Origin: Escherichia coli
GTDB lineage: Bacteria; Bacillota_I; Bacilli_A; RFN20; CAG-826
Assembly: GCA_963630675.1 (NCBI GenBank)
Contig: CAVGNR010000001.1
Location: 101,807-165,806 of the forward strand
Length of the DNA stretch: 64,000 nucleotides
Reading direction: 5' to 3'
The position numbers and the translations under genes are program-made. Each line of letters opens with the position of its first letter. Position 1 is the first letter of the stretch. Under the pieces are notes generated by a model that saw only the letters and a program-made list of their open reading frames with translations, ran no database searches and was not told where the DNA came from. Positions 1-10,132 of the stretch are shown piece after piece.

Positions 1-445
1 CAATGGCTGGGACAAAATAGGAATTGATCTTCTTAACATCATCCGCTTCAAGCTCATCATCGAAAATAATCGTGCCATCAACGTGGGTGGTAATGACCTT
101 TTCAATCATGGAGAGAGCTTCTTCACGAGAATGGGAAGTCGTAAATAAAGTTAAGACAAATCCTTTTTGCTTAGCAATTTCGGAGATCCCCGAAAGCATA
201 TTCGAAATATAGACATAGTTAGCACCAGGGATAATAACACCGATGTTGGTGGTTTTGTTTGTGGCAAGAGCTTGAGCTAGGCCGGATGGTTTGTAGCCGA
301 GTTTTTTGATTGTAGCCTCTACTTTTGTTCTTGTGCTTTCTGTGACATTTCCTTGTTTGTTAATAACGCGGGAAACAGTAGCTAAAGAGACGCCCGCTGC
401 TTGGGCGACTTGGTATATGGTGACGCGATCTTTTAAGTTATTCAT
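1..445 (-). CDS. LacI/GalR-family transcriptional regulator, N-terminal part (gene runs off the window start)
   Basis: Not in the ORF track. Reverse complement from the ATG at 445 reads MNNLKDRVTIYQVAQAAGVSLATVSRVINKQGNVTESTRTKVEATIKKLGYKP..., a typical LacI helix-turn-helix. AAGGAG lies about 8 nt upstream. Confidence 0.85.
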   Translation of the reverse strand, partial: MNNLKDRVTIYQVAQAAGVSLATVSRVINKQGNVTESTRTKVEATIKKLGYKPSGLAQALATNKTTNIGVIIPGANYVYISNMLSGISEIAKQKGFVLTLFTTSHSREEALSMIEKVITTHVDGTIIFDDELEADDVKKINSYFVPAI

Positions 446-532
446 GGAAACAACTCCTTTCCCTTGCTCTCTAATTATGGCTGAGATAACACAAAATTTC
501 ATCCATTTTCTGAAACAATGTAACAACTTTTA

Positions 533-567
533 CGTAAAAAGAAAAGACCCCCTATATCGGGGTCTTT
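533..567 (-). terminator. Rho-independent terminator after pncB
   Basis: AAAGACCCC (543-551) pairs with GGGGTCTTT (559-567). On the minus strand the hairpin is followed by a T-rich run (plus-strand A-run 533-542). Confidence 0.7.
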
Positions 568-582
568 GAGAAATTGCTGTTT

Positions 583-2100
583 TTAGAGGGTTCCACCATG
601 AAGCTCACTATAAAGATTTTCACGAGTTTTATAGACTTTTTCAGTGAGATCTACATAGTGTTCATGCGGCATCTCGAAACGGAGTTCGGATTCCCAGACT
701 TTGTTTTCTAATTGGTCTTTGATGTAGGCTTTCTTTTCGCTAATGCTAGGAAGTTTGCAAACAAGTTCACCATTTTCGATAAACGGGACAAGGAGTTTCT
801 CTACTTTAAGAGGAATGATTTCTCTACGTTTATGGAAAGCATCAGGAGAGAAGTCATAAACAATGATTGGTTTTCCTTCTTCTACTACTTCATCATCCAT
901 TGAGATAATGTCGCATTGGCCTTGTCCGTTTTCATCATAGACTCTCCAAGCCATAAGTTTTCCAGGAATAATGGCTTTCGAAGCGGAATCCGAGCATTTC
1001 ATCTTTGGGGAATAGCTTCCATCGTCTTCTTTGACGGCAACAAGCTTATAAACTCCTCCAAAGACAGGGTCGGTCGCGGAGGTGATAAGGTTTTCACCTA
1101 CGCCATAGGAATCGAAATGGGCATCTTCGTAGATTTCCATGCTACGGATTTTCTTCTCGTCTAAGGAATTTGAAGCGACTAATTTGATATATGGTTTGCC
1201 CACTTTATCTAAGGCTTTTCTTAATCTCTTATAGGAACGAGCCAAATCTCCTGAGTCAATACGAGCGGATTTTACGCGTTTGTTTGAATCATTTGGATAT
1301 TTCTTGATGAGTTCATCATCAATGGTAATAAGATTTGGAAGGCCGGAATCAAAGACAGAATAGGTATCAAGAAGAAGAGAAACATTCTCTGGATAGGTCT
1401 CAGCAAAAGCACGGAAGGCGCTTAATTCATCTGGAAAAAATTCGATAAAGGAATGGGCAATGGTTCCCACTGCTTTTACTTCTGGGCCATAACGCATCTC
1501 GGCTAAGCAATTGGCTGTGCCAATGCAACCTCCAAGAATAGCCGCATAGGCACCATCGTTTCCTGCGCTTTCCCCCTGGGCACGTCTAGTGCCAAATTCC
1601 ATGACCTTTCTTTCTTGATGGGTGGCTAGTCCGGATATACGGGTGGCTTTTGTGGCGATCAAGGAATGGAAGTTCATTGTTTGAAGAAGATAGGTCTCAA
1701 TCAAGATGGCTCCAACCATGTCGCACTCAATACGGACCATAGGTACTTGTGGATAACAAACGGTCCCTTCTTTTAAAGCGTACATGCTACCCTTCCAACG
1801 ATACTTAGAAAGATAATCCAAGAAAGCATCGGACATGCCTTTGCTTTTGAGGTAGATTAAATCTTTTTCGGTGAAATGGTAATTCAAAAGGAATTTTGTC
1901 AAACGGTCTTGTCCACAAGAGATGGAATAGCCAAGATTGTCAGGATTTTCACGGAAGAACATGTCAAAGACCATGATTTTGTCTTTGAAGCCATGAAGGA
2001 AAAGACAATTAGCCATGGTGAATTCATAGAAATCCGTAACCATGGCAGGATTATCATAGTCTTCATCCGGAATGTAAGGTTCGCAATAGATTTTGCTCAT
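583..2100 (-). CDS. pncB: Nicotinate phosphoribosyltransferase
   Basis: 505-aa ORF with an NAPRTase-like N-terminus (DFYEFTMA) and an EFGTRRAQG motif. Overlaps the upstream gene by 4 nt. Confidence 0.85.
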   Translation of the reverse strand: MSKIYCEPYIPDEDYDNPAMVTDFYEFTMANCLFLHGFKDKIMVFDMFFRENPDNLGYSISCGQDRLTKFLLNYHFTEKDLIYLKSKGMSDAFLDYLSKYRWKGSMYALKEGTVCYPQVPMVRIECDMVGAILIETYLLQTMNFHSLIATKATRISGLATHQERKVMEFGTRRAQGESAGNDGAYAAILGGCIGTANCLAEMRYGPEVKAVGTIAHSFIEFFPDELSAFRAFAETYPENVSLLLDTYSVFDSGLPNLITIDDELIKKYPNDSNKRVKSARIDSGDLARSYKRLRKALDKVGKPYIKLVASNSLDEKKIRSMEIYEDAHFDSYGVGENLITSATDPVFGGVYKLVAVKEDDGSYSPKMKCSDSASKAIIPGKLMAWRVYDENGQGQCDIISMDDEVVEEGKPIIVYDFSPDAFHKRREIIPLKVEKLLVPFIENGELVCKLPSISEKKAYIKDQLENKVWESELRFEMPHEHYVDLTEKVYKTRENLYSELHGGTL

Positions 2101-2705
2101 TTTTCTCCCCTTTCTGAAAGGAAGAAATCCTCTCCTTCAAGATAACCTTCTGGAAGGAAGGCTTCTTTGCCATCATTGGATATTTTTAATTCCTTAGGTG
2201 AACAAAGAGAAACGTCCACAGGAATATTTCTTACAAGTTTCTTATGGAAAAGAGAGCCATCATAAAGAATCGTTCCGTCTTTGGCGACGACAACGAGTTT
2301 CCCAATCTCTAAATTTGGATAATAGGAAACAGACTGATATTTCTTTCCTTTGCTCTCTAAAGTAACGATTTGGGCTTTTTCTTCTAAAGGATGTTCCTCA
2401 AGATTGACGACTTTCATGACTTCATAGCCAGACTCCTCCAAAGAAGGCAAAAGAGGAACATTATGATTGGAAAGATAAGCATTTAAAGTAGCAAGAAGTT
2501 TCTCATCAGGGGCGAAAATCACGCCCTTGGATTTGATCTTAACAATGTTAGAAATATGGAAAAGATTCATTCCAACGAGTTCTTTTTGAGCGTAGAGAAG
2601 GGTGATATCCCCTTCCACTTTGACTTCATCTGGCTTTTTCTCAGGGTCAAGTAAGACGAAGAGAACGTCTCCGTTGACTTCGAAATCATAAAATAAGCGA
2701 TACAT
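2097..2705 (-). CDS. YtpR-like putative tRNA-binding protein (DUF4479 plus OB-fold tRNA-binding domain)
   Basis: 202 aa. Layout and length resemble B. subtilis YtpR. Assignment is from overall similarity only. Confidence 0.5.
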   Translation of the reverse strand: MYRLFYDFEVNGDVLFVLLDPEKKPDEVKVEGDITLLYAQKELVGMNLFHISNIVKIKSKGVIFAPDEKLLATLNAYLSNHNVPLLPSLEESGYEVMKVVNLEEHPLEEKAQIVTLESKGKKYQSVSYYPNLEIGKLVVVAKDGTILYDGSLFHKKLVRNIPVDVSLCSPKELKISNDGKEAFLPEGYLEGEDFFLSERGEK

Positions 2706-2717
2706 AATATATTCTCC

Positions 2718-3341
2718 TTATTGTTTCTTTCTTAGAAAAATACGATGGATGCTCTTGCCCGTAGAACGGAAGTTTTTTTCATATTCACTCATCACATCGT
2801 TTTCTTCATCAAAAATGTAATTTTCCTCATTAAGAATCATCTCAAATGGGGAAAGAGGGATTTGTTCTAAGCTGAAAGCGTATAACGAATCATTATCCGT
2901 TTTGATATGAAGCTCTCCATCTAAAGTAAGGAGTTTCGAGAACCCTTCAAGTCTTTTTACGTGTGTTAGACGTCTTTTCTCATGCCTTTTCTTTGGCCAT
3001 GGGTCGGAGAAATTAAGATAAATTATTTGAAAACGAAGATTCTCCAATTCTGGATAAAGAACGTCGAAATCCCCATGCATAACACGGATATTTGGGCATT
3101 CGGATTGGAACGCTTTCTTTGCAAGGATGCCTGCAATAGAAAGGTCTCTTTCAATCGCCAGGAAATTCGTATCAGGATTTTTCTTTGCCATTCCAATAAC
3201 AAAGTCCCCTTTGCCTGAGCCCACTTCAAGATGAAGCTTTTGGTTAGAAAAGAAAGGATCCTTTGGATCAATTTCTTTTAAAACAAGTTCTGGGTGTTCC
3301 TCTAAAAAAGGGGAGGCCCATTTCTTAAAACGTCCTCTCAC
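2718..3341 (-). CDS. trmB: tRNA (guanine46-N7)-methyltransferase
   Basis: 207 aa with LEVGSGKGDF (SAM motif I) and NFSDPWPKKRHEKRR, both typical of TrmB. Confidence 0.9.
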   Translation of the reverse strand: MRGRFKKWASPFLEEHPELVLKEIDPKDPFFSNQKLHLEVGSGKGDFVIGMAKKNPDTNFLAIERDLSIAGILAKKAFQSECPNIRVMHGDFDVLYPELENLRFQIIYLNFSDPWPKKRHEKRRLTHVKRLEGFSKLLTLDGELHIKTDNDSLYAFSLEQIPLSPFEMILNEENYIFDEENDVMSEYEKNFRSTGKSIHRIFLRKKQ

Positions 3342-4693
3342 TTAAGATTCCCCAACATATAAACGGCACGTGCGTAGATAGCAATATCTTCGATGAAATC
3401 TTTCACGAAAATATATTCATCAGGAGAGTGCATATTTCCTGGATGGCCTTTCCATTCCGCACCGAAAGCGACGGTATTTGGCGCTTCTTTGGCATAGGTT
3501 CCACCACCAATGGCAAGTGGCTTATCGAAGAGTTTCATTGTTTCCTTCTTATAAGCTTTCATCAAAGTGGAAACAAGCGGAGACTTCTTATCGTATAAGA
3601 GGTATGGTGCGACGGAGTCGAGTTGGAATTCCATTTCCGCATATTCGGAAAGTTTCTTCGTCGCTTCTTCTGGAGAAGCGTTTTCCCCATAACGGAAATC
3701 CACGCTTAAGGAAAGTTCGTTCATCATGTAATGAAGAACTCCGAAATTAAAGGTGGAATCACCAAGTTCAGTTGAATGGCTATAACCATTAAAGACTTTG
3801 CCATTATTATCAAAGATGGTAGCAAGTTTGCTTAAGAAAGCATTCTTGTAATAAGCACCAATGGTTTCAAAAGCAAGTTTGATTGCGGAAACGCCTAACT
3901 CTGGGGTAGATCCATGAGCAGTTTTTCCTTTGAAACGAACCATAAGAAGCTCTTTGGTGGAATTGATATCGCAAGGGGTTTTCTTTTCTTCAAGATATTT
4001 AGCGAATTTCTCATCTGGTAAAAGGGTGACAAGAAGAGAATCACATACAGCGTTACTCACTGTTCCGCCATCCATCGCAATAATTGGTTTTAAATCGATT
4101 TTCTTATGAAGAGAGCCGTGGGTAATGCCTTTTTCCGCATAGATAAGAGGCCAATTGGCATCGGGAGTAAAGCCAAAACGAGGCGCTTCTCCATTACCTT
4201 TTTCAAAATAATAACGAAGGCAAGAAGAGCCTCTTTCTTCATCGCCACCACTCACGATTTTAACGCGATAGCCTTTGATAAGACCGTTGTCTTTCAAAAG
4301 TTTTACGGCATATAAAGCAGCCGTTAACGGGCCTTTATCATCACATGCGCCACGTCCAAAAATCTCGCCATCCTTCAAGGTTGCAGAGAAAGGAGGATAT
4401 GTCCATTTCCCCGAAACAGGGACAACGTCGGAATGTCCATAGATTCCAATCAATGGGGCATTTTCATCTCCGACTTCAAGTTCAACGGCATAACCATCGA
4501 CTTTTCTTACTTTAAAGCCATAATCTTCACCAAGTTTTGCGAAATAATCTAAGGCTTTTTTGACGTTTTCACCAAATGGTTGTCCTTCCTTAATTGTATG
4601 TTCGTCATAGACGGAAGGAATACGGATGTACTTTTGTAAAGCCAAAATGGCTTCCTTTTCATAACCTTTGGCAAGTTTTTTGAAATTTGGCAT
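3338..4693 (-). CDS. pepV: M20-family dipeptidase (PepV/Sapep type)
   Basis: 451 aa with the GHSDVVP and GRGACDDKGP metal-site motifs of M20 peptidases. Confidence 0.8.
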   Translation of the reverse strand: MPNFKKLAKGYEKEAILALQKYIRIPSVYDEHTIKEGQPFGENVKKALDYFAKLGEDYGFKVRKVDGYAVELEVGDENAPLIGIYGHSDVVPVSGKWTYPPFSATLKDGEIFGRGACDDKGPLTAALYAVKLLKDNGLIKGYRVKIVSGGDEERGSSCLRYYFEKGNGEAPRFGFTPDANWPLIYAEKGITHGSLHKKIDLKPIIAMDGGTVSNAVCDSLLVTLLPDEKFAKYLEEKKTPCDINSTKELLMVRFKGKTAHGSTPELGVSAIKLAFETIGAYYKNAFLSKLATIFDNNGKVFNGYSHSTELGDSTFNFGVLHYMMNELSLSVDFRYGENASPEEATKKLSEYAEMEFQLDSVAPYLLYDKKSPLVSTLMKAYKKETMKLFDKPLAIGGGTYAKEAPNTVAFGAEWKGHPGNMHSPDEYIFVKDFIEDIAIYARAVYMLGNLK

Positions 4694-4705
4694 GTTTTCT
4701 CCTAA

Positions 4706-5386
4706 CTAACTTCTTCTTACTTTGCTAAGTGCCTTCGAAACAAGAGGAGTCAAGATGGAAGCCAATACAGCCTCTCCTAACATTCCGAAAGCAATCACCA
4801 TCGTAAACGTATAGGTGACGCCTTCTGCCACAGGGGACGATGAGAGGAATAATCCCTTCATTGTATCTGGGTAGAAGATAAATAAATCAGCGAATACGAG
4901 AACCGTATGCATGATGGTGAAGACAAACGAAAATCCACCCACTGCAAATAGGTTCGTATATAGTTTAGAATTTTTGCGTAGCAAATCAAAGACCAAGCCG
5001 GCAAAAAAGCCAAAAAGAAGACGAGGAGGAATGCTAACCCAAGGCATAGCAAAGAGGGCGTTGAAGCCAACCCCACTCATCATGCCTTGAATCCAAGAGG
5101 TAACGCCGAAAGCGATGCCGTAGATGATTCCGCCTTTCCAGCCCTTATGATAAGCGCCAAGCAAAACAGGCAAATGAATCAAGGAGAAGGAAATTCCAGG
5201 AACAAAGCTGATATAGCCCGCTTCCGGAACAAAGCCCATGACGACAATTAAGGCAATAATTAAGGCATGGAAAGTAATGTCTCTCGCTTTGATGTTTCCT
5301 TTTGGGGACATTTTATGGAGACTGATTAGCAAAAGAGCGATCCAAATGATCGTGAGGATCCAAAAAGATATAGTTAAGTAGTTCAT
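4706..5386 (-). CDS. ECF transporter S component (substrate unknown; pantothenate suggested only by linkage to coaX)
   Basis: 226 aa with about 6 TM helices and an S-component-like profile. Overlaps coaX by 4 nt. Confidence 0.55.
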   Translation of the reverse strand: MNYLTISFWILTIIWIALLLISLHKMSPKGNIKARDITFHALIIALIVVMGFVPEAGYISFVPGISFSLIHLPVLLGAYHKGWKGGIIYGIAFGVTSWIQGMMSGVGFNALFAMPWVSIPPRLLFGFFAGLVFDLLRKNSKLYTNLFAVGGFSFVFTIMHTVLVFADLFIFYPDTMKGLFLSSSPVAEGVTYTFTMVIAFGMLGEAVLASILTPLVSKALSKVRRS

Positions 5387-6150
5387 TTTTTATTATTCCT
5401 TTTATCGATTTCTTTTAAACCTAGCAAAAGAAGGTTCTCTTCATATTCAAAACCAGGGAGGTTCTTTTTAACGTAAATAGAATTTCCACCTGTGAGAATG
5501 CGTTTTAAGGGGCGCCCCACTTCTTTTTCAAAAGCATTCGCAAAGCCTTCGATAGCGTAGACGTTGCTAAAAATAATTCCTGAATTCATGGAATCGTGCG
5601 TGTTTTTCCCAATCACATGATCAGGTGCTAGAAGGTTTACTTCTGGCAAAGCAGCCGTATCTTTCGAAAGGCTATTTGCCCCAATTGTCAAACCTGGAGC
5701 AATCGCACATCCTCCGAAGGCAGAGTTTTCATCGATGTAGATGAACTTGTTTGCCGTTCCTAAATCAGCAATAAAAAGATTGGATCCGTATTTGGATATG
5801 GCTCCTACGGCATCCGCGACGAGATCGGCACCCACTTCCTGAGGGTTATCCGTCTTAATCGCCAGGCCACTTTTTAATCTTGGCCCAAGGATTTTGGCTT
5901 TAACGCCAAAGAGGGAAGATACGATGGTTTTAAAAATTGGACTTAAAGGAGGGACGACAGAAGAGATGATCGCTCGATCGATCTTTACTTCTTCAAGATG
6001 CTTTGTCATCACGAAAAGCTCCAGTACGCTCCGATATTCATCAAGAGAACGTAATGGTTTGGTTCGTGTTTTGTAGACAAAGGACAATTCGTCGTTATCC
6101 CATAGTCCAAAATCAATCAGGGTATTCCCGATATCAATAGTTAGTAACAT
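5383..6150 (-). CDS. coaX: Type III pantothenate kinase
   Basis: 255 aa. N-terminal LLTIDIGNT phosphate-1 motif and a later TGG motif, typical of CoaX. Confidence 0.85.
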   Translation of the reverse strand: MLLTIDIGNTLIDFGLWDNDELSFVYKTRTKPLRSLDEYRSVLELFVMTKHLEEVKIDRAIISSVVPPLSPIFKTIVSSLFGVKAKILGPRLKSGLAIKTDNPQEVGADLVADAVGAISKYGSNLFIADLGTANKFIYIDENSAFGGCAIAPGLTIGANSLSKDTAALPEVNLLAPDHVIGKNTHDSMNSGIIFSNVYAIEGFANAFEKEVGRPLKRILTGGNSIYVKKNLPGFEYEENLLLLGLKEIDKRNNKK

Positions 6151-6230
6151 GGACTTTCTCCCACTCCAGTCTAAGACATTTTCTTAGTACCGGGCGTAGA
6201 AATTATACCCTCTTTCTTAGGAAAAGGAAT

Positions 6231-6258
6231 AAAAGAAAAAAGGCTAGTTTCCTAGCCT
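6231..6258 (-). terminator. Rho-independent terminator after leuS
   Basis: AGGCTAG (6241-6247), loop TTTC, CTAGCCT (6252-6258). On the minus strand it is followed by TTTTTCTTTT. Confidence 0.75.
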
Positions 6259-6274
6259 CTTAGAAAGAATAGTT

Positions 6275-8683
6275 TTATCCAACGACAATATTGAGGATTC
6301 TTCCTGGGACGTAAATGACTTTACGAATTGTTTTGCCCTCCGTCCACTTGCTAACCTTTTCGCTTGCAAGGGCTAAATTCATGGCCTCTTCTTGCGTGGC
6401 GGTTTTGCTTAACGTGATGCTATCACGAACCTTGCCATTGATAGAGACACCGATGGTGACTTCATTTTTAACAAGTTTCGTTTCATCAAAACTCGGCCAA
6501 GTTTCATAGGCGATAGAATCGGTATGGCCTAATTTTTGCCACATCTCTTCGCCGACAAATGGACAGATACAAGAGAACATCTTCACGAAATTCTCAATGT
6601 ATGGACGGTATAAACTCTTTGCTTTATAGCAATCGTTAATAAAGACCATCATTTGAGCAATGGCCGTATTGAAGGAGAGAGCTAAGAAATCATTCGTTAC
6701 TTTCTTAACTAAGAAATTATAGGAATAATCTAGCTCGCCATCGTTATTGTCCGTGAGCTTATTCGCAAAGCTTTCTTCATCCACAAGACGGAAAACACGT
6801 TCGATAAAACGGGTAGATCCATCCAAAGCCGTTGTAGACCAAGGTTTTGCTTCGTTAAGCGGACCAGCGAACATTTCGAAAAGACGGAGGGAATCTGCAC
6901 CATTGCTCTTGATGATATCGTCAGGATTAATGACATTTCCTCTCGATTTAGACATCTTTTCGCCATTCGCGCCTAAGATCATGCCTTGGTGATAAAGCTT
7001 TTGGAATGGTTCTTTGCAGTGCACCACTCCGATATCATAAAGGAATTTATGCCAGAAACGAGCGTAAAGAAGATGCAAAACGGCGTGTTCTTGCCCACCG
7101 ATATAAAGGTCGACAGGAAGCCAATGATCAAGCAGTTTTGAATCGGCGATGGCATTCTCGTTATTTGGATCAATATAGCGAATATAGTACCAAGAAGAGC
7201 CAGCCCATTGAGGCATGGTGTTCGTTTCTCTTTCGCCTTTTTTGCCATCAATTTCCACATGTAGCCAAGAAGATGGTGCTTTTGAAAGAGGAGGTTTGCC
7301 ATCTTTTGTTGGTTGATAATCGTCTAACTCAGGTAAAACAAGAGGAAGTTCCTTCTCTGGAAGAGGATATTCCGTTCCATCTTCCATCTTTACCATTGGG
7401 ATTGGTTCTCCCCAGTAACGTTGTCTAGAGAAAATCCAGTCACGAAGTTTGTAATTGGTGACTTCTTTTCCTGCACCAATTTCTTCCAGTTTATTGGTGA
7501 TTGCTGCTTTTGCTTCAAGAACGTTTAAGCCATTAGCAAAATCGGAGTTTATGTGTTCTCCATCCCCTTCAAATGCCTCTTTGCTAATATCCCCACCTTC
7601 TAAAACAGCCGTAACCGGTAAGTCATATTTCTTAGCGAAAGCGTAATCTCTTGCGTCATGGGCAGGTACGGCCATAACCGCGCCTGTGCCATAACTTCCT
7701 AAAACATAATCGGCAACAAAGATCGGAATTTCTTTGCCATTAATTGGGTTAACGGCCTTTCTTCCTAAATAGACGCCTGTTTTATCTTTGCTTAAGGAAG
7801 TACGAAGCAAATCGGATTTATGAGCAGCCTCATCCACATATGCTTCGACTGCTTCTTTTTGTTCAGGAGAAACTAATTTCTTAACTAATGGATGTTCCGG
7901 AGCCAAGCAACAATAGCTGCAACCGAAAAGCGTGTCAACACGGGTTGTGAAAACACGGAAGGATTCGTCAGAATCTTTCACTTTGAAAGTAATCTCGACT
8001 CCTTTTGATTTGCCAATCCAGTTACGTTGCATTTCCAAAGTGCTCTTTGGCCAATCTAAGCCTTCAAGGTCTTTTTCAAGACGGTCGGCATAGCGGGTGA
8101 TTCGAAGCATCCATTGGCGCATTGGCATACGAATAACGGGATAGCCACCACGTTCGGATTTGCCGTCGATTACCTCTTCATTAGAAAGCACGGTTCCAAG
8201 TTCAGGGCAATAATTCACTGGGATATCAGCAACATAAGCCAGGTCATTTTGGAACATTTTCACAAATATCCATTGTGTCCATTTGTAATATTTTGGGTCA
8301 ATGGTCGCAATTTCCTTAGACCAGTCGTAAGAGAAGCCTAAAGATTGGATTTGGTTTTTGAAGTTTGCGATGTTTTTGCGGGTGAAGCCTTCTGGATGTT
8401 GATTCATCTTGATGGCGAATTGCTCCGCAGGTAAACCAAAAGCATCCCATCCCATTGGATGAAGGACGTTATATCCTTGCATTCTTTTCATACGGGCAAG
8501 AATATCGGTCGCTGTATATCCTTCAGGATGTCCGACGTGTAAACCCTGCCCCGATGGGTAAGGGAACATATCCAAAACGTAGTATTTTGGTTTGGAAAAG
8601 TCATGGGTGTCGCAATAGAAGGTATTATTTTCTTCCCAATATTTGCGCCACTTCTTTTCTATTTCTTCGTGGTTGTAGCTCAT
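6275..8683 (-). CDS. leuS: Leucyl-tRNA synthetase
   Basis: 802 aa with the HIGH-type motif (HVGHPEGY) and the KMSKS motif (KMSKSRGN). Confidence 0.97.
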   Translation of the reverse strand: MSYNHEEIEKKWRKYWEENNTFYCDTHDFSKPKYYVLDMFPYPSGQGLHVGHPEGYTATDILARMKRMQGYNVLHPMGWDAFGLPAEQFAIKMNQHPEGFTRKNIANFKNQIQSLGFSYDWSKEIATIDPKYYKWTQWIFVKMFQNDLAYVADIPVNYCPELGTVLSNEEVIDGKSERGGYPVIRMPMRQWMLRITRYADRLEKDLEGLDWPKSTLEMQRNWIGKSKGVEITFKVKDSDESFRVFTTRVDTLFGCSYCCLAPEHPLVKKLVSPEQKEAVEAYVDEAAHKSDLLRTSLSKDKTGVYLGRKAVNPINGKEIPIFVADYVLGSYGTGAVMAVPAHDARDYAFAKKYDLPVTAVLEGGDISKEAFEGDGEHINSDFANGLNVLEAKAAITNKLEEIGAGKEVTNYKLRDWIFSRQRYWGEPIPMVKMEDGTEYPLPEKELPLVLPELDDYQPTKDGKPPLSKAPSSWLHVEIDGKKGERETNTMPQWAGSSWYYIRYIDPNNENAIADSKLLDHWLPVDLYIGGQEHAVLHLLYARFWHKFLYDIGVVHCKEPFQKLYHQGMILGANGEKMSKSRGNVINPDDIIKSNGADSLRLFEMFAGPLNEAKPWSTTALDGSTRFIERVFRLVDEESFANKLTDNNDGELDYSYNFLVKKVTNDFLALSFNTAIAQMMVFINDCYKAKSLYRPYIENFVKMFSCICPFVGEEMWQKLGHTDSIAYETWPSFDETKLVKNEVTIGVSINGKVRDSITLSKTATQEEAMNLALASEKVSKWTEGKTIRKVIYVPGRILNIVVG

Positions 8684-8692
8684 GATAGCTCC

Positions 8693-10132
8693 TTATTTTT
8701 CTAGCAAATCCTCGTAAAGAGAACGGTATTGCTTGCAACTGCGTTTCCAAGAATTATCTTTCTTGAGCGCATTGCCTACGATTTTATCGTAAGTAAGGGG
8801 GAGGTGGAATAATTCTTTTGCTTTTCCTATCGCATAGGAAAGGCCGTTTACGTCATAATTGTTAAATCCAATGCCGTCTGGTTTAGAAGAATTGATTTCA
8901 TCATATCCTTCGACGGTATCTCTTAAACCGCCTGTATAACGAACGACTGGCAAAGTGCCATAACGTTGAGAAATCATTTGGGAGATGCCACATGGTTCAA
9001 AAAGAGAAGGCATCAAAAAGAAATCGCATCCGGCATAGATTTTATGGGAGAGATCATTATTATATCCAATATAAATGCCAACACGATTTGGATAATTATC
9101 ACGAAGATCTTGCATCTTTCTTTCAAGCTCATATTCTCCAGAGCCTAAGACGATAAGGGAACAATCGTTATATTCATTTAAGAAGCCTTTCATGGCTTCA
9201 TAAATTAAATCAATGCCTTTTTGCCAGGATAAACGAGATACGACACCGAAAAGAGGGCCCTTTCCTTTTTGAATATGGAAAGTTTCCAAGAGATCCTTTT
9301 GGCAGGCTTTCTTGCCCATTTTCCATGCTTTAGAAGAATAATTCTTAGCAATTAAAGGATCAGTAGAAGGATTCCATTCTTCGTAATCGATGCCATTTAA
9401 AATACCGATGAAATCATCTTTTCTTAATTCCAAAACGCCATTGAGTCTTTGATCGCTATTTGGGTCAAGAAGTTCATTGCGATGAGTTGGAGAAACGGTC
9501 GTGATTTTATCCGCGTCAACAATACCGGCTTTCAAAGAAGAAACCATATTATCGAAACGAACGCGTCCAGAATCAAACAAGGAATCATCCAAGCCCCAGA
9601 AATCATGAAGAAAGTAACGATCAACGAATCCTTTGAAAGCAGGATTATGAATCGTTAGGACGGTTTTCATCTTGCTATAGAAAAGATCTTTCGCATATTT
9701 TTCTTTCAAAAGAGTTGGAACCATGCCAACTTGCCAATCATGCACATGGATGATATCGGCTTGGAAAGAAAGATACTTCAAAAGATTCATGCAAGCTAAA
9801 CTAAAGAAAGCAAAACGCTCGCAATCATCGTGGTAGCCATAAAGATTATCTCTATCAAAATAGTAGGAATTCTCAATCAAATAATAGGTAATCCCTTCAA
9901 TAGATGTCGATAAAATCTCCGCTTGTTGTTCTCTCCAAGAAAGAGAAACACGCATGAAGCCAACATGCTTGAATTTATAATTTTTCTTTTTTACGCAAGG
10001 ATAGAAAGGAGAGATAAGAATAACCTCATCCCCACCTTTGACTAGCTCTTTGCTTAATGCATACGTAACATCGGCTAAGCCACCTGTTTTTGAAAGTGGC
10101 AAAGCTTCAGAAGCAAACATCGCAATTTTCAT
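8693..10132 (-). CDS. glgA: Glycogen synthase
   Basis: 479 aa with the N-terminal KTGGLADV motif and GT5 family length. Confidence 0.93.
   Translation of the reverse strand: MKIAMFASEALPLSKTGGLADVTYALSKELVKGGDEVILISPFYPCVKKKNYKFKHVGFMRVSLSWREQQAEILSTSIEGITYYLIENSYYFDRDNLYGYHDDCERFAFFSLACMNLLKYLSFQADIIHVHDWQVGMVPTLLKEKYAKDLFYSKMKTVLTIHNPAFKGFVDRYFLHDFWGLDDSLFDSGRVRFDNMVSSLKAGIVDADKITTVSPTHRNELLDPNSDQRLNGVLELRKDDFIGILNGIDYEEWNPSTDPLIAKNYSSKAWKMGKKACQKDLLETFHIQKGKGPLFGVVSRLSWQKGIDLIYEAMKGFLNEYNDCSLIVLGSGEYELERKMQDLRDNYPNRVGIYIGYNNDLSHKIYAGCDFFLMPSLFEPCGISQMISQRYGTLPVVRYTGGLRDTVEGYDEINSSKPDGIGFNNYDVNGLSYAIGKAKELFHLPLTYDKIVGNALKKDNSWKRSCKQYRSLYEDLLEK

Noticed and set aside
6151-6172. GGGAGAAAGTCC on the minus strand at the coaX start, which resembles the RNase P RNA P4 motif GAGGAAAGUCC.
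   Set aside because: It is simply the coaX ribosome-binding site plus start codon context. No surrounding RNase P-like structure exists.
8684-8692. T-box leader or promoter upstream of leuS.
   Set aside because: Only 9 nt separate glgA and leuS, so there is no space for a leader. The absence is reported as a finding instead.
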